Shown here: positions 1 to 9,229 of the stretch, piece by piece
Position numbering within the stretch: position 1 is the first letter of the stretch
Layout: every line of letters starts with the position of its first letter
Assembly: GCA_017856385.1 (NCBI GenBank)
Contig: JAFMFD010000009.1
Coordinates: 10-64,009, forward strand
Reading direction: 5' to 3'
Length of the DNA stretch: 64,000 nt
DNA from: Actinomycetota bacterium
Lineage (GTDB): Bacteria > Actinomycetota > Actinomycetes > S36-B12
The notes under the pieces: generated by a model
The model's database searches: none
Seen by the model: only the letters and a program-made list of their open reading frames with translations
Told to the model about the DNA's origin: nothing
Program-made: the position numbers and the translations under genes

Positions 1-497
1 GAGGAGGTGAGCTGGACTCCCGCGGGGACGGTGATGGGGGTGATGGTCTTGGTGGCGAGGGTGGCGGCGTACCAGGTGCGCTGGCCGGTGGGGGCGATGA
101 CCTCGATGGCCGCGGTCGCGCCGTTCGCGCTGGTGAGCAGGGTGCAGACCAGCGTGGCGCTCGTGGCGAAGCCGGGAGCGGCAACCGTGCCCACCAAGGC
201 GGCCTTTCCGGTCTTCGCCGAGACGGTGAGGAGCGACGGGGGTGCGCTTGGCAGGCCCGCGCTCACCGTGACGACCACATCGCCGGTCGCGGGAACGCCC
301 AGGGCTGGTGCCAGGTACCGCGACGCGGCGCTCGGCGGGTCGGTGTAGGTGCAGTCCATGCCCTTCGCCCCGATCGAGGCCACGACGTTGCCCGCAGGCA
401 GGAAGACCTCGTCGGCCTCGCGCGGCTTGGCCGACGCGACGGGTGCCCCCGACACCAGGACCACGGAGGCGAGGGTGACGGCAGCCGATGTGCGCAT
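1..497 (-). CDS. hypothetical secreted protein (C-terminal part lies beyond the window edge)
   Basis: Minus-strand ATG (rc of 495-497) preceded by GGGAGGAG (rc of 509-516). Translation MRTSAAVTLASVVLVSGAPVASAKPREADEVFLPAGN... is a signal peptide with an AxA site. The frame stays open to nt 3. It is missing from the ORF track only because no stop lies inside the window. Confidence 0.55.
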   Translation of the reverse strand, partial: MRTSAAVTLASVVLVSGAPVASAKPREADEVFLPAGNVVASIGAKGMDCTYTDPPSAASRYLAPALGVPATGDVVVTVSAGLPSAPPSLLTVSAKTGKAALVGTVAAPGFATSATLVCTLLTSANGATAAIEVIAPTGQRTWYAATLATKTITPITVPAGVQLTS

Positions 498-579
498 CGC
501 TCGGCCGACTCCTCCCACCCCCGCAGGATAGGAGCAGCGAGTCCCCATCGGGCGGGATGACAGCGAATCGATCCCGTGC

Positions 580-1131
580 TCAGGGGTAGGGCACGCCCTG
601 GTCGTCAATGAGGATCTGCACGGGCACGTCGACCTCCTCGAGGCGGGCGCAGCCGCCAAGGAAGGGCAGGTCCATCACGACGGCGAGCCCGATCACGCGC
701 GCGCCGGTCGCCCGCACGAGCTCGATGCCGGCCACCGCGGTTCCGCCCGTCGCCAGGACGTCGTCGACGACCACGACGCTGTCCGCCACCGTGAGCGCGT
801 CCTGGTGCAGCTCGAGCGCGCTCATCCCGTACTCCAGCTCGTACTCCCGGCGATGCACGTCGCGGGGGAGCTTGCCGGGCTTGCGCAGGCTCACGAAGCC
901 GCAGCCGAGCTCATAGGCCAGGGCTGCCGCGAGGGGGAAGCCGCGGGCCTCGATGCCGACGATCATCGTCGGATGCTCCGCCCGGAAGCGGTCGGCCCAG
1001 GCCTGGACGGTCAGCCGCAGGGTGGTGTGGTTGGCGAGGATGCCCGAGAGGTCCTTGAACGAGATGCCGGGTGTCGGGAAGTCGGGCACGACGACGACCT
1101 CGTCCCACAGCGCGGTCAGGCTCGAGCTCAT
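580..1131 (-). CDS. apt: adenine phosphoribosyltransferase
   Basis: MSSSLTALWDEVVVVPDFPTPGISFKDLSGIL... with PRPP-binding loop VVVVDDVLATGGTAVAG (type I PRTase). Start moved to ATG 1131 with GGAAGGGA SD; the 17 upstream codons of the ORF are Arg/Pro junk. Confidence 0.9.
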   Translation of the reverse strand: MSSSLTALWDEVVVVPDFPTPGISFKDLSGILANHTTLRLTVQAWADRFRAEHPTMIVGIEARGFPLAAALAYELGCGFVSLRKPGKLPRDVHRREYELEYGMSALELHQDALTVADSVVVVDDVLATGGTAVAGIELVRATGARVIGLAVVMDLPFLGGCARLEEVDVPVQILIDDQGVPYP

Positions 1132-1231
1132 GGTGTCCCTTCCGGGTCGTGGTGACTGCGGACGGGATCGGCCGAGCCTCACGCATCGTAGGGGTGCGTC
1201 ACGGTGGTGCGGGGCGAGTCAGCCCTGTCAG

Positions 1232-1702
1232 TCAGACCTGCCGGGCCACGTAGCCCCAGGACAGGCTCGTCGCGAGGAAGAGCCAGATCTGGTACGGCAC
1301 GAGGACGGCGCCCATCCACACGGCCTGGCCGAACGCGATGCCGACGATGGGCACGGTGAGCACAGCGGCGGCGGTGAGGGCGAGCGCGGCCCACGCCAGC
1401 TCGTGCGGGACGTAGAACAGGTAGGCCCAGGCGATGGCGAGGGCCACGGTGGCGGCCAGCAGGACGAGGAGGGCCGTGACGCGGCCGGGCGGTGCCTTCA
1501 GGCTGAGCGCGATGCCGACCACGATGAGCATCAGGAAGTTGTAGGGCCAGATGAGCCCGAACACCCAGGGCGGGGGCTGCCACCACGGCTGCTCGAGGGA
1601 GAGGTACCAGGCGCTGCCCGTCGATACCCAGCGGCCGGAACCGATCGCATAGACGACGACGAGGATCACGGCCGCAGCCGCTGCCCCGATCCGCCAGCCC
1701 AC
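1232..1702 (-). CDS. TspO/MBR family tryptophan-rich membrane protein
   Basis: The last ~157 codons of ORF 1232..2344 form a multi-TM, Trp-rich protein (WYLSLEQPWWQPPPWVFGLIWPYNFLML...YQIWLFLATSLSWGY). The upstream 210 codons overlap the opposite-strand secreted protein and look like a GC artefact. Start provisionally GTG at 1702. Confidence 0.7.
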   Translation of the reverse strand: MGWRIGAAAAAVILVVVYAIGSGRWVSTGSAWYLSLEQPWWQPPPWVFGLIWPYNFLMLIVVGIALSLKAPPGRVTALLVLLAATVALAIAWAYLFYVPHELAWAALALTAAAVLTVPIVGIAFGQAVWMGAVLVPYQIWLFLATSLSWGYVARQV

Positions 1703-1792
1703 TATTGCAGTGTGGCACGCGAGGCGTCCCTTCCCCTCGTCGGGCAGACTGGGCCCGTAAGTCAGGCCGTACGTTCGCGCGAAGGGGAACCC

Positions 1793-3112
1793 ATGAGGAC
1801 ACGCTGGGGCAGGATGCTGGCCGCGCTGGGGGCGGCATCGTTGATGGCCACGCTGGGCGCGGGTGCGGCGTCGGCGGCGCAGGAGCGCGTGGCCGCACCG
1901 CCGAGCGCCGACGCGCTGGTGCTCGCAACCAACGCCATGGTGCGCCCCGCCGACTTCACCGACCCGGCCCTCAAGCGCCTCGCGGGCTCCGAGCGGACCT
2001 TCAGCACGGGCTACTTCAACCCCCCTGGCGGCCAGGATCCGCTGCCGGTCTGCGTGAGCGGCCCCAACTACACGACCGTCAACATCCCGCGCGGGGGAGC
2101 CATCGGCTTCATGGCGACCTATGGCGGCGTGACCCAGTACGAGTACAAGTACGCCAACGCCGGCAAGGCATCCAAGGTGTGGAAGTCGCTGAGCTCGCAG
2201 GTGTCGAGTCTGTGCAACGGCTCCTTCACGGCCAACGGGACGACGACCACCAACGCCGCCCGCCGGATCGCCGGGGTGCCCGGTGGTGAGCGCGGCTGGG
2301 AGGTCGTGACGACCGGCAGCCTGAAGGGCTACGTTGCGATTCACCTGATCGGCGACACCGTCCAGATGGTGGCCCGGCCGGGCGGTGAGCGCGCCATTCC
2401 TTCGGCGGCGACCAAGGCGATCGCGGCCCTCGCCGTCAAGCTCGCGGACCGGTGGGCGGGTCGGGCCGACCTGCCGATCACCCAGGAGGCCGTGCTGACC
2501 CAGGCCGAGCGGACCGCGGTGCAGCCGTCGGACATCCCGTCGTCACTGCCGATGGCGACCGCCGCCGACGGCGGATGGAGCAGCTTCCAGGCCGTCAGCC
2601 CGGGCTCCGGCCTGTTCAACTACTGCGCAGCCCAGTCCGACCTCCCGGAGGGCGTGCAGACCTTCGTGACCGCGCTGTTCAACACGGGAGGACCGCTCGA
2701 CATCACCGGCAAGGGCTCGGTCGCGCAGCAGGTCGAGCGGTACGCGTCGGCCGATGCTGCGCGCGCCGCGTGGGACAAGGTGACGGCCTCCATCGCCAAG
2801 TGCAGCAAGAACACCAGTGGACCGATCCCGACCACGAAGAAGGACTACGAGCGCTGGACCAACGGCACTGCATCCGTCAGCGTCGGTGACGTGCCCGGTG
2901 TGTGGTCGAACGTGCTGGTCACCTTCCCCAACCTGGGGAAGAAGGACTACACGCAGGCCAACTACAGCGTCTACCTGCTCGTCGGTGACACCGTCCAGCA
3001 GTTCATGTACTCGCTGGCCCGCACCGGGATCGGCGAGGTCGCGGTCGACACCGCCGCGGTGGAGTCGGTGGCGAAGACCCTCGCCGACAGGTGGGTCTCC
3101 TACGCCGGTTAG
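1793..3112 (+). CDS. secreted protein made of two tandem homologous domains (possibly PknH-like extracellular sensor-domain type)
   Basis: ATG 1793 gives MRTRWGRMLAALGAASLMATLGAGAASAAQ (signal peptide). Both halves end in ...GDTVQ(M/Q)...A(V/K)(K/T)LADRW and each has paired Cys. The 280 upstream codons of ORF 953..3112 are rejected. Confidence 0.75.
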   Translation: MRTRWGRMLAALGAASLMATLGAGAASAAQERVAAPPSADALVLATNAMVRPADFTDPALKRLAGSERTFSTGYFNPPGGQDPLPVCVSGPNYTTVNIPRGGAIGFMATYGGVTQYEYKYANAGKASKVWKSLSSQVSSLCNGSFTANGTTTTNAARRIAGVPGGERGWEVVTTGSLKGYVAIHLIGDTVQMVARPGGERAIPSAATKAIAALAVKLADRWAGRADLPITQEAVLTQAERTAVQPSDIPSSLPMATAADGGWSSFQAVSPGSGLFNYCAAQSDLPEGVQTFVTALFNTGGPLDITGKGSVAQQVERYASADAARAAWDKVTASIAKCSKNTSGPIPTTKKDYERWTNGTASVSVGDVPGVWSNVLVTFPNLGKKDYTQANYSVYLLVGDTVQQFMYSLARTGIGEVAVDTAAVESVAKTLADRWVSYAG

Positions 3113-3145
3113 GGCCTGCCTGCGCGCCATGGCAGGATCGCGCCC

Positions 3146-4780
3146 GTGCAGACGGACGCAGGGACGACGACCATCGCCGCGCACCTGGTGCGTCGGTTCC
3201 GCGAGCTCGGGGTCGACGAGGGGTTCGGCATCGTCGGTGACTTCGCCCTGCGCCTGTTCTCCGCACTGGACGAGGAGGGGTTCCCGCTGCTCGTCGCCAC
3301 CGACGAGCAGGGCGCGGCCTTCGCGGCCGATGCCTACGCCCGACTCCGCGGGTTCGGCGTGGTCGCGACCACCTACGGCGTGGGTGGCCTGAAGGTCGCG
3401 AATGCCGCCGCCAACGCGTGGGCGGAGCAGGTCCCGCTCCTCGTCGTCAGCGGCGCCGCGGGTGTGGCCGAGCGCGCTGGCGACCCGATGCTGCATCACC
3501 GGATCAAGGACTTCGACACCCAGGAGCGGGTGTTCGCCGACCTGACATGCGCGCAGGCCGTCCTGACCGGCCCGCACAATGCGGCCGACGAGATCGACCG
3601 CGTCATCCGGACAATGCTGCAGCAGCAGCGTCCCGGCTACATCGAGGTGCCGCGCGACATGGTGGGCGTCCCCATCGACGCGCCGGATGTCGATCACATC
3701 CATCCGGAGGTCGTCGTCGACGAGGGAGCGCTGCAGGACGCACTCGACGACGTCCTCGCGGAACTGCGCAAGGCGCGGACCGCTGCGATCCACGCCGGCC
3801 TGTTCACGTCACGCCGCGATGTCGAGGAGGCCCTCTTCGGCCTCGCGACGGCCACGGGCATCCCGGTCGCGACGAGCTCCCTGGGACGCGGCGTGTTCCC
3901 CGAGAGGCACCACCTCGGCCTGGGCATGTATCTCGGGGCCGTGAGCACCGAAGCGATCGTGCACCGCGTCGAGGACGTCGATGTCTTCCTCAGCATCGGC
4001 GTCCTCCAGACCGACCTGACCCTCGGCGCCTTCACCGCGCACATCGACCCGGGGCACCAGATCACCATCGCCGATGACGAGGTGACGGTGCACCGCCGGA
4101 CGTACCGTCGCGTGCCGCTGAGCGTGTTCCTGCCTCGCCTGGCCGAGGCCGTGCGGACTGCGGGCATCTCCTTCCCGCACGATCCGATCGCCCTCGACCC
4201 GCCGTTCCAGCCGAGCGACGGCCCCCTGACCGTCGAGCAGGCCATCGAGGCGATCGAGTGGCACATCGACGAGCGGCACGGGCTCCTGCTGGATCCCGGC
4301 GAGCCGCTGTTCGCGTCCGTTCAGCTGCGCATGCCCGCGTGGGCCCTCGGCAGCGCCTACTACGCGACCATGGGCTACGCGGTGCCCGCAGCACTCGGTG
4401 CGGGCAAGGCTGATCCGGAACATCGTCCGGTCGTCATCGTGGGCGACGGCTCGTTCGCGATGACGGGCATGGAGATCGCCGCGTGCGCCTTCCATGGCGT
4501 GCCCGTCATCCTCATCGTCCTCGACAACGAGGGCTACGGCACGCAGCGGCCGATGATCGACGGGCCCTTCAACGACATCCCCCGGCTGGCGGCGGAGGAG
4601 ATGGTCAGGGTGATCGGGCAGGGCCGCGGCTTCCTGGTGCGGACCGAGGTGGAGCTCGATGCCGCGCTCACCGAGGCGATGGCCTCGAACGAGGTCTGCA
4701 TCATCCGCGCGCTGCTGCCGAAGGAGAAGCACAGCGCGGGACTGTCGCGATTGAGCGAGGCGCTGAAGAAGCGCGTCTAG
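3146..4780 (+). CDS. ThDP-dependent 2-keto-acid decarboxylase (indolepyruvate/phenylpyruvate/pyruvate decarboxylase family)
   Basis: N-terminal pyrimidine-binding domain TYGVGGLKVANAAANAWAEQVPLLVVSG, MLHHRIKDF (HH pair), C-terminal GDGSFAMT...LDNEGYG ThDP/Mg motif. GTG start at 3146. Confidence 0.8.
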   Translation: MQTDAGTTTIAAHLVRRFRELGVDEGFGIVGDFALRLFSALDEEGFPLLVATDEQGAAFAADAYARLRGFGVVATTYGVGGLKVANAAANAWAEQVPLLVVSGAAGVAERAGDPMLHHRIKDFDTQERVFADLTCAQAVLTGPHNAADEIDRVIRTMLQQQRPGYIEVPRDMVGVPIDAPDVDHIHPEVVVDEGALQDALDDVLAELRKARTAAIHAGLFTSRRDVEEALFGLATATGIPVATSSLGRGVFPERHHLGLGMYLGAVSTEAIVHRVEDVDVFLSIGVLQTDLTLGAFTAHIDPGHQITIADDEVTVHRRTYRRVPLSVFLPRLAEAVRTAGISFPHDPIALDPPFQPSDGPLTVEQAIEAIEWHIDERHGLLLDPGEPLFASVQLRMPAWALGSAYYATMGYAVPAALGAGKADPEHRPVVIVGDGSFAMTGMEIAACAFHGVPVILIVLDNEGYGTQRPMIDGPFNDIPRLAAEEMVRVIGQGRGFLVRTEVELDAALTEAMASNEVCIIRALLPKEKHSAGLSRLSEALKKRV

Positions 4781-4784
4781 CGCG

Positions 4785-5162
4785 TCACTCCTCCCGCACC
4801 AGCGCAGCAGCGGTCAGAGCCTCGCTGATCGCGCCGGAGGCGGCGAAGGCGGCCATGCCCCAGCCACGTGCCGGCGTGACGCGCCCGGCGATCGCCGCAG
4901 CGGCGAAGGCGAAGGTGTCACTGGCATCACTGATTGCCTGGGCGGCGACCCAGCCTGCGGTCGAGTGGCCTCGCTTCCAGGCCGCAAGAGTGCCCAGGCC
5001 GATGGCGATCTCGCGCGCGCCGAGGAGCCGGCCGACGGAGGCGGTCTGCTGGGGATCAGCGGCCCCCAGCGCCTTGCCCAGGCCCGCGGGATTGATGAGC
5101 AGGCCGGCACCGATGACCACACGGGTCAGTCCGAGCGCCGGTACGACGAAGGCGGGGATCAC
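4785..5162 (-). CDS. small hydrophobic membrane protein (DUF-type, function unknown)
   Basis: 125 codons, Gly/Ala-rich with 3-4 predicted TM segments (VVPALGLTRVVIGAGLLI..., IAIGLGTLAAW..., GMAAFAASGAISEAL). GTG start. Codon bias is consistent with coding, but I see no diagnostic motif. Confidence 0.5.
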   Translation of the reverse strand: MIPAFVVPALGLTRVVIGAGLLINPAGLGKALGAADPQQTASVGRLLGAREIAIGLGTLAAWKRGHSTAGWVAAQAISDASDTFAFAAAAIAGRVTPARGWGMAAFAASGAISEALTAAALVREE

Positions 5163-5240
5163 CTCGTGATCCTGTCACGAGGCCGCGGGGGACGTCACTT
5201 CTGGGACTCGCGGCCCGCGATCGAAAGAGGACCGACGCGG

Positions 5241-6929
5241 CTATATCCCCAGGGTGCTGCGGGGGTAGGCGATCTCCGGGTCGGTGCGCACGTCGACGAC
5301 GTAGGGGAGGCCCGAGGCCAGGGCTCGATCGATGGCCGGGCCGATGTCCTGCGGTCGGAGCACGGTCTCGCCGCCCCCGCCGAGGTCGGTCATCAGCCGT
5401 GCGTAGTCGGTCGACGGCAGGTCGGTGATGACGTCGTACTCGTAGAGCATGCGCATGGGGTGGCGCTCGAGGGCCCAGCCGGAGTTGTTGCCGACGATGA
5501 TGACGACGGGCAGTCGGTGCGTGACGAGGGACTGCAGGTCCATCGCCGAGAAGCCGAGAGCTCCGTCGCCGGCGAGCAGGATCACGGGGGAGTTTGGGTG
5601 GGTGAGGGCTGCGGCCATCGCGTAGCCCGGGCCGGTGCCGAGGCAGCCGTACGGCCCGGGATCCAGCCATCGGCCTGGCTGGGCCGGCTCGATGAACTTG
5701 CCGGCGAAGGAGACGAAGTCACCGCCGTCGCCGATCACCACGGTGTCGCCGGTGAGGCGGGGGAGCAGTGCGCCGTAGACGGCTGCCGGGTGGATCGGCT
5801 CGACGGTGCTGGTGAACGCCTCGTGGTCCGCCTCGCGCGCGGCACTCGTCCTGCCGGCGAGGTCCTGTGCCCACTCCTGCCAGTCCGCACGCCGTGCTCC
5901 GGGGTGCTGGCCCACGGCGGTGGTGAGGGCATCGATGCACGTCGCGAGGTCGCCAGCGATGGTCGTGGCGTCGACATGGGCGGCCTTCTGCGACGGGTCG
6001 TCGACCACGTGCACGACGACGGCATCGCCGAAGTCGCCGTAGTTGAGCCGGAAGTCCAGGGGGGTGCCGACGACGATGACGGCATCGGCACCCTTGAACG
6101 CGGTCGATCGCGCGCGGGTCACGAGCAGCGGGTCACTCGGCGCCAGGACTCCCCGGCCCATGCCGTTGGCGATCGTGGGGATGCCGAGCTCGTGGACCAT
6201 CGCGCGTGCCTGCTCGACGGCGCCTGCCTGCCACGTGTCGCTGCCGAGCACGATGACCGGATGGTGCGCCTCGGCGATGAGGCCGGCTGCGGTGCGCACG
6301 GCGTCGTCGTCGGGAGCGCTGGGCGACGCGTCGGGTGGTGACCACGGTGCCGCCGCACTGGGGGCGAAGAGCGCCTCGAGCGGGATGTCGACGAACACCG
6401 GCCCGCGATGCGACGCATTCGCGAGGTCGAAGGCGCGGGTGACCTCCGCGCGGATGAGCGCCGCATCGTGCACCGTCCACGCACCCTTGGTGATCGACTC
6501 CACGAGGGGCGGCTGGTCGAGCTCCTGCAGAGAACCGGATCCCCAGCGGTAGTCCGGGGCGCGACCGCCGATCACGACGAGCGGCGACCCGTTGAACCAT
6601 GCTCCGGCGATCGCGCTGATGCCGTTCGTCACCCCGGGACCGGCCGTGAGTGCCGCAAGTCCGGACCTGCGCGTGAGCTTGCCGATCGCCTCGGCCGCGA
6701 AGACGGCCGTCTGCTCGTGGCGCACGTCGATCAGCCGCACCGGCCCCGCGTGCTGCGCCTCGCGCGGCGACGATGCCGCGTGGACGCCCTCCTTGCCGCC
6801 GACCGACGCGTCGTAGAGGGGGAAGATGTGGGCGCCGCTCAGGGTGAACAGGGTGGTGACGCCCGCCGCCCGGGCCGCGTCCATCGCGTGGAAGCCGCCG
6901 TGGATCTCGGACCCGACCTCGTCAGCCAT
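5241..6929 (-). CDS. ThDP-dependent enzyme, acetolactate synthase / oxalyl-CoA decarboxylase / 2-hydroxyacyl-CoA lyase family
   Basis: VRHEQTAVFAAEA, TAGPGVTNG, GSGSLQELDQ (OXC/HACL-like), C-terminal GDGALGFS...GNNSGWA ThDP motif. 562 aa. Confidence 0.8.
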   Translation of the reverse strand: MADEVGSEIHGGFHAMDAARAAGVTTLFTLSGAHIFPLYDASVGGKEGVHAASSPREAQHAGPVRLIDVRHEQTAVFAAEAIGKLTRRSGLAALTAGPGVTNGISAIAGAWFNGSPLVVIGGRAPDYRWGSGSLQELDQPPLVESITKGAWTVHDAALIRAEVTRAFDLANASHRGPVFVDIPLEALFAPSAAAPWSPPDASPSAPDDDAVRTAAGLIAEAHHPVIVLGSDTWQAGAVEQARAMVHELGIPTIANGMGRGVLAPSDPLLVTRARSTAFKGADAVIVVGTPLDFRLNYGDFGDAVVVHVVDDPSQKAAHVDATTIAGDLATCIDALTTAVGQHPGARRADWQEWAQDLAGRTSAAREADHEAFTSTVEPIHPAAVYGALLPRLTGDTVVIGDGGDFVSFAGKFIEPAQPGRWLDPGPYGCLGTGPGYAMAAALTHPNSPVILLAGDGALGFSAMDLQSLVTHRLPVVIIVGNNSGWALERHPMRMLYEYDVITDLPSTDYARLMTDLGGGGETVLRPQDIGPAIDRALASGLPYVVDVRTDPEIAYPRSTLGI

Positions 6930-6962
6930 GGGCCCGACCCCTCTCGGACGTGAGGCGCGGTG

Positions 6963-8300
6963 CTAGCGGATCGTGACCTTCCGCGTCGCCACAGCCTTCT
7001 GCTTGCTCGCACCATAGGTGAACGTCACGTACAGGTAGTAGGTGCCTCGTGACATGGTCCTGCGCAGCTTCGTCACCGACTGGCCTGTGCCGTTGACGAG
7101 CCTGACCTTCTTGAGGACCTGAACGTTGGGGGCCTGCACGCTGGGGCGCCTCTTGAGCTGCACCGTGGCCGTGCCTGCGGCCTGCGCGGTCGATGCGGAC
7201 ACCGTCACCTTCAGTCGAGCGCCGCGCACGACACTCGGCCGCGCGACGGCTGCAATGCGCACGGCTGTCGAGCTCGGGTCGCCGGAGGACGGGCTCGGCG
7301 CCGCGGTGGGCTGCGACGCGGATGGGGCCGAGGACGCGGACGGTGACGGGGACGGGGACGGGGACGGAGACGGCGATGCGGTCACCTGGACCGGGGCGGA
7401 CCGCACCACGGCGCCGGTCACGCCGCCAGTGCCGAAGGAGGCGAGCATGAGGTCCGAGGCAACGAGGTATCGACCCTCCTGCCCGGCGGGGACGGTGAAC
7501 GCCACGTTCGTGGCGGCAGCAGTGTTGAAGCCGGACGTGATGCCCTGGCTGACGTCGCTGCACCCGTCGGCCGTCGCATTCCACGAGTACGAGATCGACT
7601 GGCCGAGCGCGAAGGCGTTGGCGTTCGCTGGGCAGGAGTAGACGTTCAGGTACCTGGCCTGGAACGAGGTGCCGGCCGCGAGCGACCACGGCTGTAGGGC
7701 GATGGTGATCTGGCTGGACGAAACCGGGTTCGCAGGCAGCGTGGGACGTGCGCCCGTGGCCAGGGCAGGCCAGACCAGCAGCTGGCTTGGGCCGGTGCCG
7801 GCCTTGGTCGACGTCAGCCCGGTCGCGGTGGACGTCACGCGTGCGGTGACCCGCAGGTACTTGCCCACGTCACGAGCATCGATGGAGTAAGGCGAGTCGA
7901 CATCACTGGGCACCCGCGGACCGTTCTGCGATGTGAAGGGGCCTCTGGTGGAGCGGAGGGTGCACGCCTCGATCGGTGACTCGCGCGTCGGGCATGCGTA
8001 CCACGAGGTCTCTATCGACCCGTCTCGGACGATGCCGCCGCTAGGTTCGTTCGCCTGGATTCGGGCGATCGCGTCGGATCCCACTTGGTCTGCGTCGGGC
8101 ACGGGGCCGAAGGGCTCCCACTGGGCGCCGGTGGTGGTGGCGTTGCCCTGGGCAAGCCGTCCTTGGTAATACGTGATCGTCAAGTCAGGGGGCGCAGGTG
8201 CTGCGTGGGCGGCGGGTGCAGTGACATTCATCGCAAGACCCATGACCAGTGTCGCGCTGGCCAGGGACGTCCAACAGAGTCGTGCGGGAAGGACGGGCAT
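6963..8300 (-). CDS. secreted protein with (Ser-Pro)n linker and C-terminal Ig-like beta domain
   Basis: ATG 8300 with GGAGG SD gives MPVLPARLCWTSLASATLVMGLAMNVTAPAAHAAPAPP (signal peptide). Internal TASPSPSPSPSPSPSASSAPSASQPTAAPSPSS linker. The upstream 48 codons of the ORF are rejected. Confidence 0.75.
   Translation of the reverse strand: MPVLPARLCWTSLASATLVMGLAMNVTAPAAHAAPAPPDLTITYYQGRLAQGNATTTGAQWEPFGPVPDADQVGSDAIARIQANEPSGGIVRDGSIETSWYACPTRESPIEACTLRSTRGPFTSQNGPRVPSDVDSPYSIDARDVGKYLRVTARVTSTATGLTSTKAGTGPSQLLVWPALATGARPTLPANPVSSSQITIALQPWSLAAGTSFQARYLNVYSCPANANAFALGQSISYSWNATADGCSDVSQGITSGFNTAAATNVAFTVPAGQEGRYLVASDLMLASFGTGGVTGAVVRSAPVQVTASPSPSPSPSPSPSASSAPSASQPTAAPSPSSGDPSSTAVRIAAVARPSVVRGARLKVTVSASTAQAAGTATVQLKRRPSVQAPNVQVLKKVRLVNGTGQSVTKLRRTMSRGTYYLYVTFTYGASKQKAVATRKVTIR
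7333..7374. repeat. seven tandem GACGSN hexanucleotide units encoding the (Ser-Pro)n linker
   Basis: gacgcg gacggt gacggg gacggg gacggg gacgga gacggc read directly from the sequence; three central units are identical. Confidence 0.9.
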
Positions 8301-8635
8301 GAACGCCTCCTTGGGAGATCCACTGGTGCGCAGAACGCCACCGACGTGGTGGTGCTCGCGGGTCCTGCGTCGCCAGTTTCGCCGGTAACGGTAGCGCCTA
8401 TGGATGTCGGCGTCCCGGGTCGAGGCGACGTCGATCGGTGGCACATGGCGGAGACGGTCTACGAGGAGGGCTCACCGCATGGTGGCTCGTCTGCGGCCCC
8501 TTCAGTCTCGATCCGGCCCTGGGCCTGTAGCCGTGTGACACCCAGCACCTCCCGCTTCCGTGTCGCCAACGTCGACCGTGCAGTCCCGGCCTCCCGAACG
8601 CGACCCCTAGATTGACCCCCGGCGAAGGAGGAGCG

Positions 8636-9076
8636 ATGGGCGAGATCACCGGGGCGCGGATCCGGGTCACCCGCACGGTGGCCTGGGGTGAGACGGATGC
8701 CGCGGGCCACAACCACTTCGGGGCGGCCTTCCGCTGGCTGGAGGAGACCGAGCACGCCCTCTACCGCTGCCTGGGTTTCGGCAGCGAGATGATCGACCGG
8801 GTGCCCCGAGTCCATGTCGAGGCCGACTACCGCCTGCGCCTGTACTACGGCGACGTGATCGAGTGCCAGGTCGGCGTCGTGAAGGTCGGCTCGTCGTCCT
8901 GCACCTTTGCCCTGGAGGTGAGCAAGGGGGGCGAGGTCGCCATCACCGGGAACTACGTCGTCGTGCACGTGTCGGCCAACACCGAGGGCTCGACCCCCTG
9001 GCCGGAGGAGATGCGGGCCGCGCTGACCTCGTCGGCATCCTTCGCGGTCGCTCCGGTCGTCGAGCCCGGCCCCTGA
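8636..9076 (+). CDS. acyl-CoA thioesterase, 4HBT/hotdog fold
   Basis: ATG 8636 after GAAGGAGGAG. RVTRTVAWGETDAAGHNHFGAAFRWLEETEHALYRCLGF...VHVEADYRLRLYYGDVIE is typical of the YbgC/4HBT family. Confidence 0.75.
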   Translation: MGEITGARIRVTRTVAWGETDAAGHNHFGAAFRWLEETEHALYRCLGFGSEMIDRVPRVHVEADYRLRLYYGDVIECQVGVVKVGSSSCTFALEVSKGGEVAITGNYVVVHVSANTEGSTPWPEEMRAALTSSASFAVAPVVEPGP

Positions 9077-9229
9077 AGCGGGGGGAGCCCTGGCGGCGCC
9101 CCTAGGTCAACAACGGGTAACAAATCCCCAAGGTGATTGCCTATCGCCCTCTCAGGTGTGAAGATGCGTATGCCGTCCGTCTGGCGGTCGCAAATTCGGG
9201 GTGATGCCCCGATCGACTAGGGAGGTTGC

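Noticed and set aside
953-1792. N-terminal 280 codons of the 719-aa ORF 953..3112
   Set aside because: The composition is Arg/Gly/Pro/Asp/Glu/His-rich junk, and it overlaps apt and the TspO-like gene on the other strand. A clean signal peptide follows the internal ATG at 1793.
5162-5182. Hairpin CCTCGTGA-tcctg-TCACGAGG abutting the GTG start of the small membrane-protein gene
   Set aside because: It could be a terminator for the upstream ThDP gene or a translational structure. However, there is no U-tract, the stem is short, and the downstream gene call is itself only moderately supported.
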